Origin: an uncultured Bacilli bacterium
GTDB taxonomy: Bacteria > Bacillota_I > Bacilli_A > RF39 > UBA660
Direction of reading: 5' to 3'
Length of the DNA: 64,000 nt
Assembly: GCA_947594925.1 (NCBI GenBank)
Contig: CANQEJ010000001.1
Location: forward strand, 7,837-71,836
In this document: piece after piece, positions 9,535 through 19,100 of the stretch
Position numbering within the stretch: position 1 is the stretch's first letter
How the letters are laid out: each line of letters begins with the position of its first letter
Program-made: the position numbers and the translations under genes
Notes under the pieces: model-generated
The model's database searches: none
What the model saw: the letters and a program-made list of their open reading frames with translations, nothing else
What the model was told of the DNA's origin: nothing

Positions 9535-10473
9535 TTAAATTTCTGTAACTTCCGTATCTTTATAATAATGCGTAAGAATTTGGTCATAACTTGCTCCACT
9601 TTTAGCCATGGCATCTGCTCCATACTGGCTCATACCTACACCATGTCCATAACCATTAGTAGTAATTTCTAGCGTATCATTATCTTTAATATTTATGACA
9701 AAATCAGTTGAACGTAGATTTAGTAAATTACGGACCTCCACCCCACTAAAACTTTGATTATTGATAATCAAACTATTAATTCGTCCCGAAGCACTATAAT
9801 TAATATCTTTAATTTCTATGTTAAAACAATTAATCCCTAATTTATTACAAAACTCTGTCTTTGATATCATAATAGTTTTAATAACATTTGCGGAAATTTC
9901 ATTTTCCCCTTCACTTTCCACACTAACTAAATAATCTTGTTTTTCTTTAAAAACATTAATAGCATCTTCTGTATAGCCATTACTCATAGCAAAATAATAT
10001 GACTTTATCACTTGATTATCGTGCTTAACTACCATATTTTTAGTTTCTTCGACAGCTTCTTTTATTTTATTATAATATTTAGAATATTCATCTTGCCATT
10101 TTTCTTGCATTTGATTTTGATTTAAATAAACTTGGTCGGCGGTAGTTGTCATTACATCATATTCATTATTTAAACTTTTTTTATACATTGCATATGTTCT
10201 AGAGGCGACTGCTTGAGCTTTTAAAGCCTCTTTTTCAAAACTCGCCGGCATTTCCCCAGCTACCACCCCTATTACATATTCTTCTAAATCCATTTCGGTA
10301 ATCGTTTCATCAGGATTTAAAACTTTTAAAGTATAGTTTTTAACTAAAGGTAACTCCTTTTCTTCTTTTTTTGACAAATTAAAATTAGTTTCCTTATGCA
10401 AGAAACTAATTACAGCTATTGGTAACAAAATTATCACTATACTTAAAAGAATTTTATTTTTCATGATTATCAC
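9535..10473 (-). CDS. spoIID: Stage II sporulation protein D (SpoIID lytic transglycosylase)
   Basis: SpoIID signature SYYFAMSNGYTED...GHGVGMSQYGA. Confidence 0.9.
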   Translation of the reverse strand: MIIMKNKILLSIVIILLPIAVISFLHKETNFNLSKKEEKELPLVKNYTLKVLNPDETITEMDLEEYVIGVVAGEMPASFEKEALKAQAVASRTYAMYKKSLNNEYDVMTTTADQVYLNQNQMQEKWQDEYSKYYNKIKEAVEETKNMVVKHDNQVIKSYYFAMSNGYTEDAINVFKEKQDYLVSVESEGENEISANVIKTIMISKTEFCNKLGINCFNIEIKDINYSASGRINSLIINNQSFSGVEVRNLLNLRSTDFVINIKDNDTLEITTNGYGHGVGMSQYGADAMAKSGASYDQILTHYYKDTEVTEI

Positions 10474-10691
10474 CTAGGAAATATTTTACTAAACTCCAAA
10501 AAATCAATAAAAAAGTTTGTTAATAAATATCCACTAATAAAACTCAAAATCATTACTAATATTCTTGTTTCAATTACTTTATTTTTCTTAATAAATTTTT
10601 CAAAATTGACAGCACTTAAAGCAAAAGCACTAATTAGAACAAAGACTACATAAATATAAACTTTATAATTCATTATATTCACCATTTTCAT
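10470..10691 (-). CDS. Small hypothetical membrane protein (73 aa)
   Basis: Two predicted transmembrane segments; start overlaps the rpiB stop. Confidence 0.35.
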   Translation of the reverse strand: MKMVNIMNYKVYIYVVFVLISAFALSAVNFEKFIKKNKVIETRILVMILSFISGYLLTNFFIDFLEFSKIFPR

Positions 10692-11118
10692 ATTTTATGA
10701 TTTTATCTACTCTTCTTATGTGTCTTTCTTCAGAAGAAAATTCAGTATTTAGGAAAGTTTTTATAATTTCTTTAATTTCTTCAAAATCCATTTGCGAAGA
10801 AAAAGCTAAAATATTAGCATTGTTATCTAATCTGGTCATTTTAGCATCATGGACACTATGAACATTAGCACAACGAATACCTTTAACTTTATTAGCGGCT
10901 ATGGATATCCCTATTCCCGTAGTACAAATTAATATGCCAAATTGCACTTCTTTTTGAGCCACGCTATGTGCTACTGCAAAGGCAAAATCTGGGTAATCAT
11001 CAGTAGGTGTATTAATCTTACTCAAATCTACTACTTCAACATGGTTTTGTAATAAATATTCTATTACCTTTAATTTCATTTCTCTACCAGCATGGTCAGT
11101 TGCTATTGCTATTTTCAT
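10663..11118 (-). CDS. rpiB: Ribose-5-phosphate isomerase B (RpiB/LacA family)
   Basis: MKIAIATDHAG...ICTTGIGISIAANK. Confidence 0.9.
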   Translation of the reverse strand: MKIAIATDHAGREMKLKVIEYLLQNHVEVVDLSKINTPTDDYPDFAFAVAHSVAQKEVQFGILICTTGIGISIAANKVKGIRCANVHSVHDAKMTRLDNNANILAFSSQMDFEEIKEIIKTFLNTEFSSEERHIRRVDKIIKYENGEYNEL

Positions 11119-11171
11119 TTTATCACCCTTTATATTTTTATTTTATCATAATAAGAGAAAAACTGCATAAA

Positions 11172-11384
11172 TTATGCAGCTTTTTTATCTTGATTTAAAC
11201 CAAATTTTTTATTGAATTTTTCTACTGTTCCTGTTCTTTTAGCTTGTTGTTTTCCTGTATAGAAAGAGTGACATTTATCACAAACTTCTGCATGGAATTC
11301 AGGGATTGTAGATTTTGTTGTAAATGTAGCTCCACAAGCACATGTTACTTTACAATCAACTAATTTTGGATGAATATCTTTCAT
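11172..11384 (-). CDS. rpmE: 50S ribosomal protein L31
   Basis: [18 protein letters not shown]...; zinc-ribbon cysteines present. Confidence 0.95.
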   Translation of the reverse strand: MKDIHPKLVDCKVTCACGATFTTKSTIPEFHAEVCDKCHSFYTGKQQAKRTGTVEKFNKKFGLNQDKKAA

Positions 11385-11487
11385 ATATTTTCTCCTTTCG
11401 CCATACTAAATCCATAGTATAGTAATTTCTCGTTCTTATGTATTATATCATAAAAGTTTAACATTACAACAATTATATGCAAAAAAA

Positions 11488-11784
11488 TTAAAATATATAC
11501 TTATATGTTAATTGGTTAGTTCCATGTCTTTGGATATATGCTTTTATTTCATCTTGTTTCTGGCCTAAATATATTTTTAGTCCCCCTACATCTTCATCTG
11601 ACAATTGCATTTCCGGAGTAACATTACCATATTTGTCAACTGCCTCTTTATGTTGTTGGTAATAGTTATATTTTCGAAGTTGCATCCATTTCCTGAAATA
11701 CTCTTTATCTTCAAGCATTGCTTCTGGTAACTCTGAGTTAAATTGATTATAAAATGCTAGTTGCATATATCTATCCTGCCACAA
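11488..11784 (-). CDS. Hypothetical protein (98 aa)
   Basis: ORF lying between murA and rpmE; no family recognised. Confidence 0.4.
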   Translation of the reverse strand: MWQDRYMQLAFYNQFNSELPEAMLEDKEYFRKWMQLRKYNYYQQHKEAVDKYGNVTPEMQLSDEDVGGLKIYLGQKQDEIKAYIQRHGTNQLTYKYIF

Positions 11785-11837
11785 ACTAGAGTTTTTTTCT
11801 ATTCCTTCTTCAATTACTTCTACCTTTAAAAGATAGT

Positions 11838-13097
11838 TTAGATTTCATCAATTTTAATAACTGCCCCCACTGAAGAGAGTTTTCCTACAATTTTTTCATA
11901 TCCTCGTAAGATATGTTCAATATTCGTTATAATCGTTGTTCCTTTAGCAATCATACCCGCTACTAACATAGCTGCTCCCGCTCGCAAATCGGTAGCAATT
12001 ACTTCTCTTCCAACTAAATTTGTTTTTCCTTTAATAATTGCTTTTTTATCAAACAATCTAATATCGGCACCCATCGAATTTAAATGTTTAATATGACGCA
12101 TACGGTTTTCATAAATTGTTTCTTCAAAAAGACTTTCCCCATCACATTGGGTCAAAAGGGTACTCATCGGTTGACCTAAGTCTGTTGGAAACCCGGGATA
12201 CACTAAAGTACGCACATTAACAGGCTTTAATTTTTTAGTTTTATTAACAATTATTTTAGTTCCTTTTATTTCAAAATCAGCCCCTGCTTCATGTAATTTA
12301 GTTAAAACCGATTCTAAATGTTCTTTAATAATTCCTTCTATTACTAAATTTTTCCCTAAAAGGCTCCCAATAATCAAATAAGTACCAGCTTCAATTCGGT
12401 CTGGAATAACTTCGACAATTCCTTTGCCTAATTGCGAAACACCTTGGACTTTAATTTCACTTGTTCCAGCACCACTAATCTTAGCTCCCATTGAATTTAA
12501 AAAGGCAGCAACATTAACAATCTCCGGCTCCATAGCAGCATTATAAATATAAGTTGTTCCATCAGCTTTAACAGCAGCTAACATTATATTTAAAGTTGCC
12601 CCAACACTAGCAATATCTAAAAATATCTCGGCACTATGTAAATTTTTAGCTTCAATAATAAACTTATCGCCCTCTTGCTTAATTTTTGCCCCCATCTTTT
12701 CAAAACCTTTTAAATGGAAATCAATAGGACGACTACCAATATTACAACCACCGGGAAAAGAGATTTCAACATAACGATATTTAGCTAATAAAGCTCCCAT
12801 ATAATAATAAGAAGCACGTAATTTAGAAGAAAATTCATTAGTTATTTCTTTATTCTGACAATTATTATTATTTATTTTAATAGTTTCATTTTTATAAGTG
12901 ATATCACTACCTAGATATTCTGTAATAGCTTCTAAGGCTTTAACATCACTAATAGCAGGAACATTATAAATAGTTGCTTCTTCTGCTAAAATGGCAGCAG
13001 GAATTAAAGCTACTACCGAGTTTTTAGCACCACCAATTTTAATCGTTCCCGAAAGTTCATGTTCTCCTTCGATAACAAGTCTTTTTATAAATACCAC
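11838..13097 (-). CDS. murA: UDP-N-acetylglucosamine 1-carboxyvinyltransferase
   Basis: 419 aa; the EPSP/MurA fold is recognisable throughout. Confidence 0.95.
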   Translation of the reverse strand: MVFIKRLVIEGEHELSGTIKIGGAKNSVVALIPAAILAEEATIYNVPAISDVKALEAITEYLGSDITYKNETIKINNNNCQNKEITNEFSSKLRASYYYMGALLAKYRYVEISFPGGCNIGSRPIDFHLKGFEKMGAKIKQEGDKFIIEAKNLHSAEIFLDIASVGATLNIMLAAVKADGTTYIYNAAMEPEIVNVAAFLNSMGAKISGAGTSEIKVQGVSQLGKGIVEVIPDRIEAGTYLIIGSLLGKNLVIEGIIKEHLESVLTKLHEAGADFEIKGTKIIVNKTKKLKPVNVRTLVYPGFPTDLGQPMSTLLTQCDGESLFEETIYENRMRHIKHLNSMGADIRLFDKKAIIKGKTNLVGREVIATDLRAGAAMLVAGMIAKGTTIITNIEHILRGYEKIVGKLSSVGAVIKIDEI

Positions 13098-13179
13098 CCT
13101 TCCCTTAAAAGTCTTTCTTTCCTTTATTATAACAACTAAGCTTCGGGAAAGAAAACAATTTAACTCTTTCCTTTACAGT

Positions 13180-13716
13180 TTAAGAAAATAAATAACTAGT
13201 AGCAACTATAAAAAGTAAAATAATTCCAAAAATGGTTGCTATTTTTCCTAACCGTAACTTAGAATATCTTCCCATAACTAAACCTAAAAAAGTAAAAGTA
13301 AAACTACAACTAGCAAAAACAACAGATGCTAAGAAAAAATTATCAGTTAAAGCTGGAAGACCAATTCCTGTTGTAAAAGAATCAAAACTAACACTTAAAG
13401 AAAACATTAAAATTCCTAATAAATTTAACTTAACAACTTCTTCTTTTTTAGAAATTACATCTTTAATCATTAATAAAGCGATAAAAAATAAAATTATACT
13501 TACTAAATATTTGGGATTTATTATTAGAATTTTTAAAATATATTTACCAATCATTAGTCCTAATAAAGGCATTATAAAATGCATAATACCTACCAAGGAG
13601 GAAATCTGCCATATCTTTTTAGAACTTATTCCTAGTGTCCCAATACTAAGTGATAAAGAAAAAGTATCCATACTTAAAGCGATGCCAATACTAAATAAGG
13701 ATAAAAGTAGAGCCAT
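13180..13716 (-). CDS. MntP/YtaF-family membrane protein (putative manganese efflux pump or sporulation protein YtaF, DUF204)
   Basis: Duplicated SMD-F style repeats (ALSMDTFSLSL...SVSFDSF) in a six-transmembrane protein. Confidence 0.65.
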   Translation of the reverse strand: MALLLSLFSIGIALSMDTFSLSLSIGTLGISSKKIWQISSLVGIMHFIMPLLGLMIGKYILKILIINPKYLVSIILFFIALLMIKDVISKKEEVVKLNLLGILMFSLSVSFDSFTTGIGLPALTDNFFLASVVFASCSFTFTFLGLVMGRYSKLRLGKIATIFGIILLFIVATSYLFS

Positions 13717-13756
13717 TTAAAAATCCCCCTAAATAATTATATTAAGGAAGACTTTT

Positions 13757-14278
13757 TTATTTCCATATTTTCGATATAATTTCTTTTACAAATGATTTAT
13801 ATTCAACCTCAGAAACATCATTATCCGTTGCTTCTAAAAGACACAAGGGCGGAAATAAAACACACCACCAATTTTTGCCTTGCCCTTTTCCTAAAGTAAC
13901 AACTAAAGATTCATATTCTCCTTCATCATAAGTAATGCCTTTAAAAACTTTCTTCGGAAAATAATTATAACCATAACTTACTTCAAAATCATTACTATTT
14001 ACAATACTTTGAACATCTTGTTTTATATTACCAAGATTACTTTTAAGAATATCTCGACTTTCATTAATAGTTTTAGCATCTTTTAACATTAAAGCTAAAT
14101 CTTTATTTAAAGTATTTTTTACTTCATACTTTAACTTTTGGTCTTTTTGGTTATCACTACTTGCTATAACGCGAAAACGAATAGCTTCATCAGGGATAAT
14201 AATGTTTTCTGTAATACCTTTGGGAATTACAACACTACAACAAATTATTACCAAAGAAATTATCATAAATTTTTTCAT
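13757..14278 (-). CDS. spoIIR: Stage II sporulation protein R
   Basis: IPDEAIRFRVIASSD and NWWCVLFPPLC motifs; adjacent to prmC-prfA, as in B. subtilis. Confidence 0.85.
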   Translation of the reverse strand: MKKFMIISLVIICCSVVIPKGITENIIIPDEAIRFRVIASSDNQKDQKLKYEVKNTLNKDLALMLKDAKTINESRDILKSNLGNIKQDVQSIVNSNDFEVSYGYNYFPKKVFKGITYDEGEYESLVVTLGKGQGKNWWCVLFPPLCLLEATDNDVSEVEYKSFVKEIISKIWK

Positions 14279-14325
14279 AAAAATTGCTACCTTTCTAACT
14301 TTCTTATGGGTAGCATTTATTATTT

Positions 14326-15048
14326 TTATTCACAATTATTTAAAACAAAGATATAACGGTCAAAATTATTTAAATCTTTTTCACCATATATTTTAGCTTC
14401 CGGATAAAACTTTTTAAATATAGAAATAACTTTATCTTTTTGATTATACCCCATTTCTAAAGCTATTATACTTTTCTTTTTTAAGACATTTTTACTTTTT
14501 TTCGCAATATTTTCATAAAATATTAATCCATCATTTAAAGCAAAAATAGCATCTTGCGGTTCATACTTTGTTTTCGGGTCAGTTGGTTCTTGATAAGAAA
14601 CATATGGAGGATTACTAATAATTAAATCATAGTTTCCTTGCCACTCTTCTTTTAAAATATCAAGTTTTTGAAAATTAATTGTAGCTTTATTATTTAAAGC
14701 ATTTTGTTTAGCTATCTCTAAAACATTATTTTTATAATCTAAAGCAGATACATTAGATGTTATTTCTTTTTTTAAAGCAATCGCAATACATCCACTACCA
14801 GTAGCTAAATCTAAGATATTAGGATTTTCAAAATTATATTTTTTTAGTAAATTTAAAGTTTTTTCTACCAAATATTCCGTTTCAAAGCGTGGAATTAAAA
14901 CATTTTCATCAACTTTTATTTTATATCCATAAAAGTCGACATCCCCAATTAAATATTGTAAAGGGTATCCCTCTTGATATTTTTTTAAAGCTTCCCCTCT
15001 TTTTGCTTTCGGAATATATTTTTCTAAAAGTTCTAAATCTTTAACCAT
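14326..15048 (-). CDS. prmC: Release-factor glutamine N5-methyltransferase PrmC (HemK)
   Basis: NPPY motif and SAM-binding GSGCIA motif. Confidence 0.9.
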   Translation of the reverse strand: MVKDLELLEKYIPKAKRGEALKKYQEGYPLQYLIGDVDFYGYKIKVDENVLIPRFETEYLVEKTLNLLKKYNFENPNILDLATGSGCIAIALKKEITSNVSALDYKNNVLEIAKQNALNNKATINFQKLDILKEEWQGNYDLIISNPPYVSYQEPTDPKTKYEPQDAIFALNDGLIFYENIAKKSKNVLKKKSIIALEMGYNQKDKVISIFKKFYPEAKIYGEKDLNNFDRYIFVLNNCE

Positions 15049-16103
15049 TATTCACCCGCAAGTTTACGTCTTTGGTCTTCTGTAATTAAAGCTTCAATAA
15101 TCTTTTCTAAATCTCCTTGCATAACTTTATCTAAAGTATTAATCGTAAATCCAATACGATGGTCAGTTACTCTATTTTGTGGATAGTTATAAGTTCTTAT
15201 CTTCTCGGCTCTATCACCAGTACCAATTTTACTACGTCTTTCTTCTCCTAATTCTTTATCTCTTTGTTGTAATTTTAAATCATAAAGACGAGCTCGTAAA
15301 ATTTTAAAGGCCTTTTCCTTATTTTTAATTTGACTTCTTTCCGTTTGAGCATAGACAACAATTCCTGTTGGAATATGTGTAAGACGCACAGCAGAATCCG
15401 TTGTGTTAACTCCTTGACCACCATTTCCACTGGCTCTTGTAATATCAATTCTTACTTCACTCATATCTAAATCATCATCAATTTCTTCAACTTCAGGCAT
15501 AACTAAAACCGTCGCTGTTGAAGTATGAACACGACCTTGAGTTTCTGTTACAGGAACTCTTTGAACGCGATGGGCTCCACTTTCGTATTTTAACTTAGAA
15601 TAAACATTTTCACCTTTAATCATTAAACTAATTTGCGAAAATCCTCCAGCTTCTCCTTTTTCTTCTTCCATTACTTCTAAACGCCAACCTTGTTTTTCGG
15701 CATATTTTTTATACATATCAAAAAGGTCACCAGCAAAAATATTACCTTCATCTCCCCCAGCAGCTCCTCTTATTTCCATAATAATATTTTTATCATCATT
15801 TTCATCTTTAGGAATAAGCATAATCTCTAATTCTTTAGTTAATGCTTCTTTTTGTTCTTCTAAAGCCGGTAACTCTTGGGATGCTAAATCGGCTAATTCT
15901 GGGTCCTTAAGCATCTCTTTTGAACCTTCTATTTCCATTTCTACTTGTTTATAACTATTATACTTGTTAACAATCTCTTCTAAGTCACTCTGTTCTTTAG
16001 ATAAACTTTTCATTTTATTATAATCATTTAAAACTTCCGGTGTTGATAGTTCTTCTGTTATAACTTTGTATCTGCTTACAATATCTTCTAATCTTTCTAT
16101 CAT
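15048..16103 (-). CDS. prfA: Peptide chain release factor 1
   Basis: GGQ motif and the RF1-specific PVT tripeptide. Confidence 0.95.
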   Translation of the reverse strand: MIERLEDIVSRYKVITEELSTPEVLNDYNKMKSLSKEQSDLEEIVNKYNSYKQVEMEIEGSKEMLKDPELADLASQELPALEEQKEALTKELEIMLIPKDENDDKNIIMEIRGAAGGDEGNIFAGDLFDMYKKYAEKQGWRLEVMEEEKGEAGGFSQISLMIKGENVYSKLKYESGAHRVQRVPVTETQGRVHTSTATVLVMPEVEEIDDDLDMSEVRIDITRASGNGGQGVNTTDSAVRLTHIPTGIVVYAQTERSQIKNKEKAFKILRARLYDLKLQQRDKELGEERRSKIGTGDRAEKIRTYNYPQNRVTDHRIGFTINTLDKVMQGDLEKIIEALITEDQRRKLAGE

Positions 16104-16118
16104 TATTTCACCTCGTAT

Positions 16119-16550
16119 TTAATCTAAATTTTCATTTTCTTCATCTTCAGGGTCAATTACTGCCAAATCCTTTAAATCATCTTCCATGATATCATCATCT
16201 TCGGAATTATCATCAAATATTTCTTCTTCCTCTTCTTCTTCATCATCACTAGCTTCAATAAACATATCTTCTTCTTCATCGTCATCAATAACTACTTTTT
16301 GAATATGGTTTTCTCTTAAGTCCCAAAAACCATTTTCTAACATTAAAAATCTTTTCTCCGTTGAAATTAATTCAAAAAAAGCAGCGATTTGCGTTTCAAA
16401 AACATTATCATCTAAATCTAATATTTCACAAACTTTTTTAAACAAATCATTTATTTTCATTTTAGAGCCAGCTTCTTTTAATATCATATAAGCTAAATCA
16501 TCATATGACATATTTTCTAACTCTTCTTTTGATAAATCTTTTATTTTCAT
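16119..16550 (-). CDS. rpoE: RNA polymerase delta subunit
   Basis: N-terminal HARE-HTH-like domain followed by a long poly-Asp/Glu tail; start at the ATG at 16548-16550 behind a GGAGG ribosome-binding site. Confidence 0.85.
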   Translation of the reverse strand: MKIKDLSKEELENMSYDDLAYMILKEAGSKMKINDLFKKVCEILDLDDNVFETQIAAFFELISTEKRFLMLENGFWDLRENHIQKVVIDDDEEEDMFIEASDDEEEEEEEIFDDNSEDDDIMEDDLKDLAVIDPEDEENENLD

Positions 16551-16624
16551 ATCTTTTTCCTCCACGTTTTTCTAGAACATTATACGATATTTTTATATAA
16601 ATGTGTTAATTTTTTCAGATATTT

Positions 16625-16981
16625 TTAATTCTTTACAATGACAACCTTATTTAAAGCATCATCACTCTCTATTTTATAGACTATTTCTAGATAATCTTTT
16701 TCCCTTTTATAATGGGCTTTTTCCACTTCAATATCTAGTGTTATATCTTCTTTTTTAAGATATATATTACATAAATTATTTTCCCTAATTTCTAAAGAAA
16801 ATTCATATTCATCATCAATTCTTTTAAAAATTAAAGCTTGATTTTCAAAAATTATTTTAGTTAAAACATCATCCATATAAGATATAGTATTAGCAAGTTT
16901 ATTATATTTTACTTGAATATTTTTATTCTCATATACTTTTTCATCATCTTTATATAAAGTAACTTTGGCTAAATCTAGCAA
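16625..16981 (-). CDS. Hypothetical protein, possibly DUF1934 (YwiB-like), upstream of rpoE
   Basis: Size and position match the ywiB gene that precedes rpoE in B. subtilis; sequence similarity is weak. Confidence 0.35.
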   Translation of the reverse strand: MLDLAKVTLYKDDEKVYENKNIQVKYNKLANTISYMDDVLTKIIFENQALIFKRIDDEYEFSLEIRENNLCNIYLKKEDITLDIEVEKAHYKREKDYLEIVYKIESDDALNKVVIVKN

Positions 16982-17096
16982 TAAATCACCCTCAGTCTTG
17001 TAGGCAATTATAACATGATGCTATATATTGTGCAATAAAAACCTAATTAATTAAATTTAACTTATAAATATTTAAACTTTTTTCATAATAATAAAC

Positions 17097-19070
17097 GTGA
17101 AAGGTCGAAACTATATGAAAAAACTTTCTTTTTTTATTAAAAGTTGCATTTTTCTTTGTGTATTAGGAATTTTAACAATTTTTGGTTTATATACTTATGC
17201 TTATTTTAGTCCAAAGATAGAACTTAAAAGTGCCAATCAATTTTTTATATATGATAATGAAGAAAAGATTGTCTATGAAGGTTCTCAAACTACAGAGTGG
17301 GTTAAATTAGAAGATATTTCCCCTAACCTTATTAATGCTGTTATTAGTGTGGAAGATAAAAATTTTTATCAACATAAAGGCTTTGATTATTTAAGAATTG
17401 CCAAAGCTTTATTTAATAATTTAAAAAGTCGAAATATCGTCCAGGGTGCCTCGACCATTAGTCAGCAATATATTAAAAATATGTATTTAGATTTTGATAA
17501 AACTTGGTCCCGCAAGATTGAAGAAGCTTTTTTAACTCTAGAATTAGAAATGCACTATTCGAAAGATGAAATATTAGAAGGTTATTTAAACACCATTAAT
17601 TATGGACAAGGAAACTATGGAGTGGAAAATGCTAGTCAATATTATTTTAATAAAAGCGCTAAAGATTTAACCTTAGAAGAAGCCACTATTTTAGCTGGTA
17701 TTCCTAAAAGTCCTAGTAATTATAATCCGGTAAGTAATTTAGAAAAAGCTGTTAAAAGAGCTAATTTAGTAGCAGATTCCATGGTTAAAAATGAATATAT
17801 TACCGAAGAAGAAAAAGCTAAATTAAACTATAGTAATTTAAATATAGTAGGTAAAAGAAAAACTAATAATCTTCAAACTTTAATGTATTATCAAGATGCC
17901 GTCTTAGATGAGCTTAAAACCTTAGATAATATTCCAAAATCTTTAATTGATTCTGGTGGTCTTAAAATCTATACAACCCTTGATTTAAAGGCCCAGGAAA
18001 CTTTAGAAAATGCCATTTTAAATAATATGGATGAAAATACTAATTTAGAAGTAGCTAGTGTCATTATTAATCCTCAAAATGGTGGTGTTTCCGCTTTAGT
18101 AGGAGGCTACGATTATGCTAAAAGTCAATATAACCGAGCTATAAGTTCTAAAAGACAAGTTGGTTCAACTATGAAACCTCTTCTTTACTATGCTGCTTTA
18201 GAAAATAATTTCACTGCTGCTACTACCTTTTTATCAGCACCGACAACCTTTACTTTAGCCAATGATAAAACCTATGCTCCTTCTAATTACAATAATAAAT
18301 ATGGCAATAAAGAAATAACTATGGCAGCAGCTATTTCCTATTCAGATAATATTTACGCTGTTAAAACTCATCTTTTTTTAGGAGAAGATATGCTGGTTAA
18401 TATGGCTCATAAAATGGGAATTAAAGAAAAGCTCCAAGCTAATGCTTCGCTTCCTTTAGGAACTTCTGAAATGACTATGTTAGATTTTGCTAATGCTTAT
18501 ACAACTTTAGCGAGTGGCGGCTACAAAAAGGACTTACATTTTATTAAAAAGGTAGAAGATTTAAATGGTAATGTTTTATATGAATATAAAGGAAAAAAAG
18601 ATTTAGTGTTAAATGAAAATTATGTTTATATTTTAAATGAACTATTAACATCAACTTATAATAGTGCTTTTATTGATTATAATACGCCAACAGTTATGTC
18701 TCTATCTTCGCAACTTTCCCAAAAATATGCTCTTAAAACTGGTTCAACAGGGACAGATTGTTGGATAGTAGGATATAACAAAAATCATTTAATGCTGGTT
18801 TGGAACGGCTATGATGATAGTAGTGAAGTCAAAGTTAGTGATGGAACAATATCTAAAAAAATATGGTTAGAAACAACCGAAAGTTTAATGCAAAATAAAA
18901 ATAATACTTGGTATACTGCTCCTAAAAATATTATCGGCATGCCCCTAAATGCTATAACGGGAAAATATGACGAAAGTAGTAAAAACTCAAATATTTTCTA
19001 TTTTGTTAAAGGAAGTGAACCTGGCAGTAACAATGAAGTCCTAGTTTCTAAAACAGCCGAAGCAGAATAA
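17097..19070 (+). CDS. Class A penicillin-binding protein (glycosyltransferase GT51 plus transpeptidase)
   Basis: QGASTISQQ glycosyltransferase motif; STMKP (SxxK) transpeptidase motif; the true start may be the ATG at 17115. Confidence 0.9.
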   Translation: MKGRNYMKKLSFFIKSCIFLCVLGILTIFGLYTYAYFSPKIELKSANQFFIYDNEEKIVYEGSQTTEWVKLEDISPNLINAVISVEDKNFYQHKGFDYLRIAKALFNNLKSRNIVQGASTISQQYIKNMYLDFDKTWSRKIEEAFLTLELEMHYSKDEILEGYLNTINYGQGNYGVENASQYYFNKSAKDLTLEEATILAGIPKSPSNYNPVSNLEKAVKRANLVADSMVKNEYITEEEKAKLNYSNLNIVGKRKTNNLQTLMYYQDAVLDELKTLDNIPKSLIDSGGLKIYTTLDLKAQETLENAILNNMDENTNLEVASVIINPQNGGVSALVGGYDYAKSQYNRAISSKRQVGSTMKPLLYYAALENNFTAATTFLSAPTTFTLANDKTYAPSNYNNKYGNKEITMAAAISYSDNIYAVKTHLFLGEDMLVNMAHKMGIKEKLQANASLPLGTSEMTMLDFANAYTTLASGGYKKDLHFIKKVEDLNGNVLYEYKGKKDLVLNENYVYILNELLTSTYNSAFIDYNTPTVMSLSSQLSQKYALKTGSTGTDCWIVGYNKNHLMLVWNGYDDSSEVKVSDGTISKKIWLETTESLMQNKNNTWYTAPKNIIGMPLNAITGKYDESSKNSNIFYFVKGSEPGSNNEVLVSKTAEAE

Positions 19071-19072
19071 AA

Positions 19073-19100
19073 AAAGATACTAATTTACCGTAGTATCTTT
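19073..19100. terminator. Bidirectional hairpin shared by the convergent PBP and noc genes
   Basis: Perfect 10 bp stem AAAGATACTA / TAGTATCTTT with an 8 nt loop, flanked by an A-tract and a T-tract; it overlaps the last codons of noc. Confidence 0.45.

Noticed and set aside
9436-9672. 78 aa plus-strand ORF
   Set aside because: Antisense across the spoIIQ-like/spoIID junction.
13232-13720. 162 aa plus-strand ORF
   Set aside because: It is fully antisense to the MntP/YtaF-family gene and consists of Lys/Ile-rich low-complexity sequence typical of AT-rich antisense frames.
13717-13756. Looked for a manganese riboswitch or leader upstream of the MntP-like gene
   Set aside because: Only 40 bp separate it from spoIIR, leaving no room for a structured leader.
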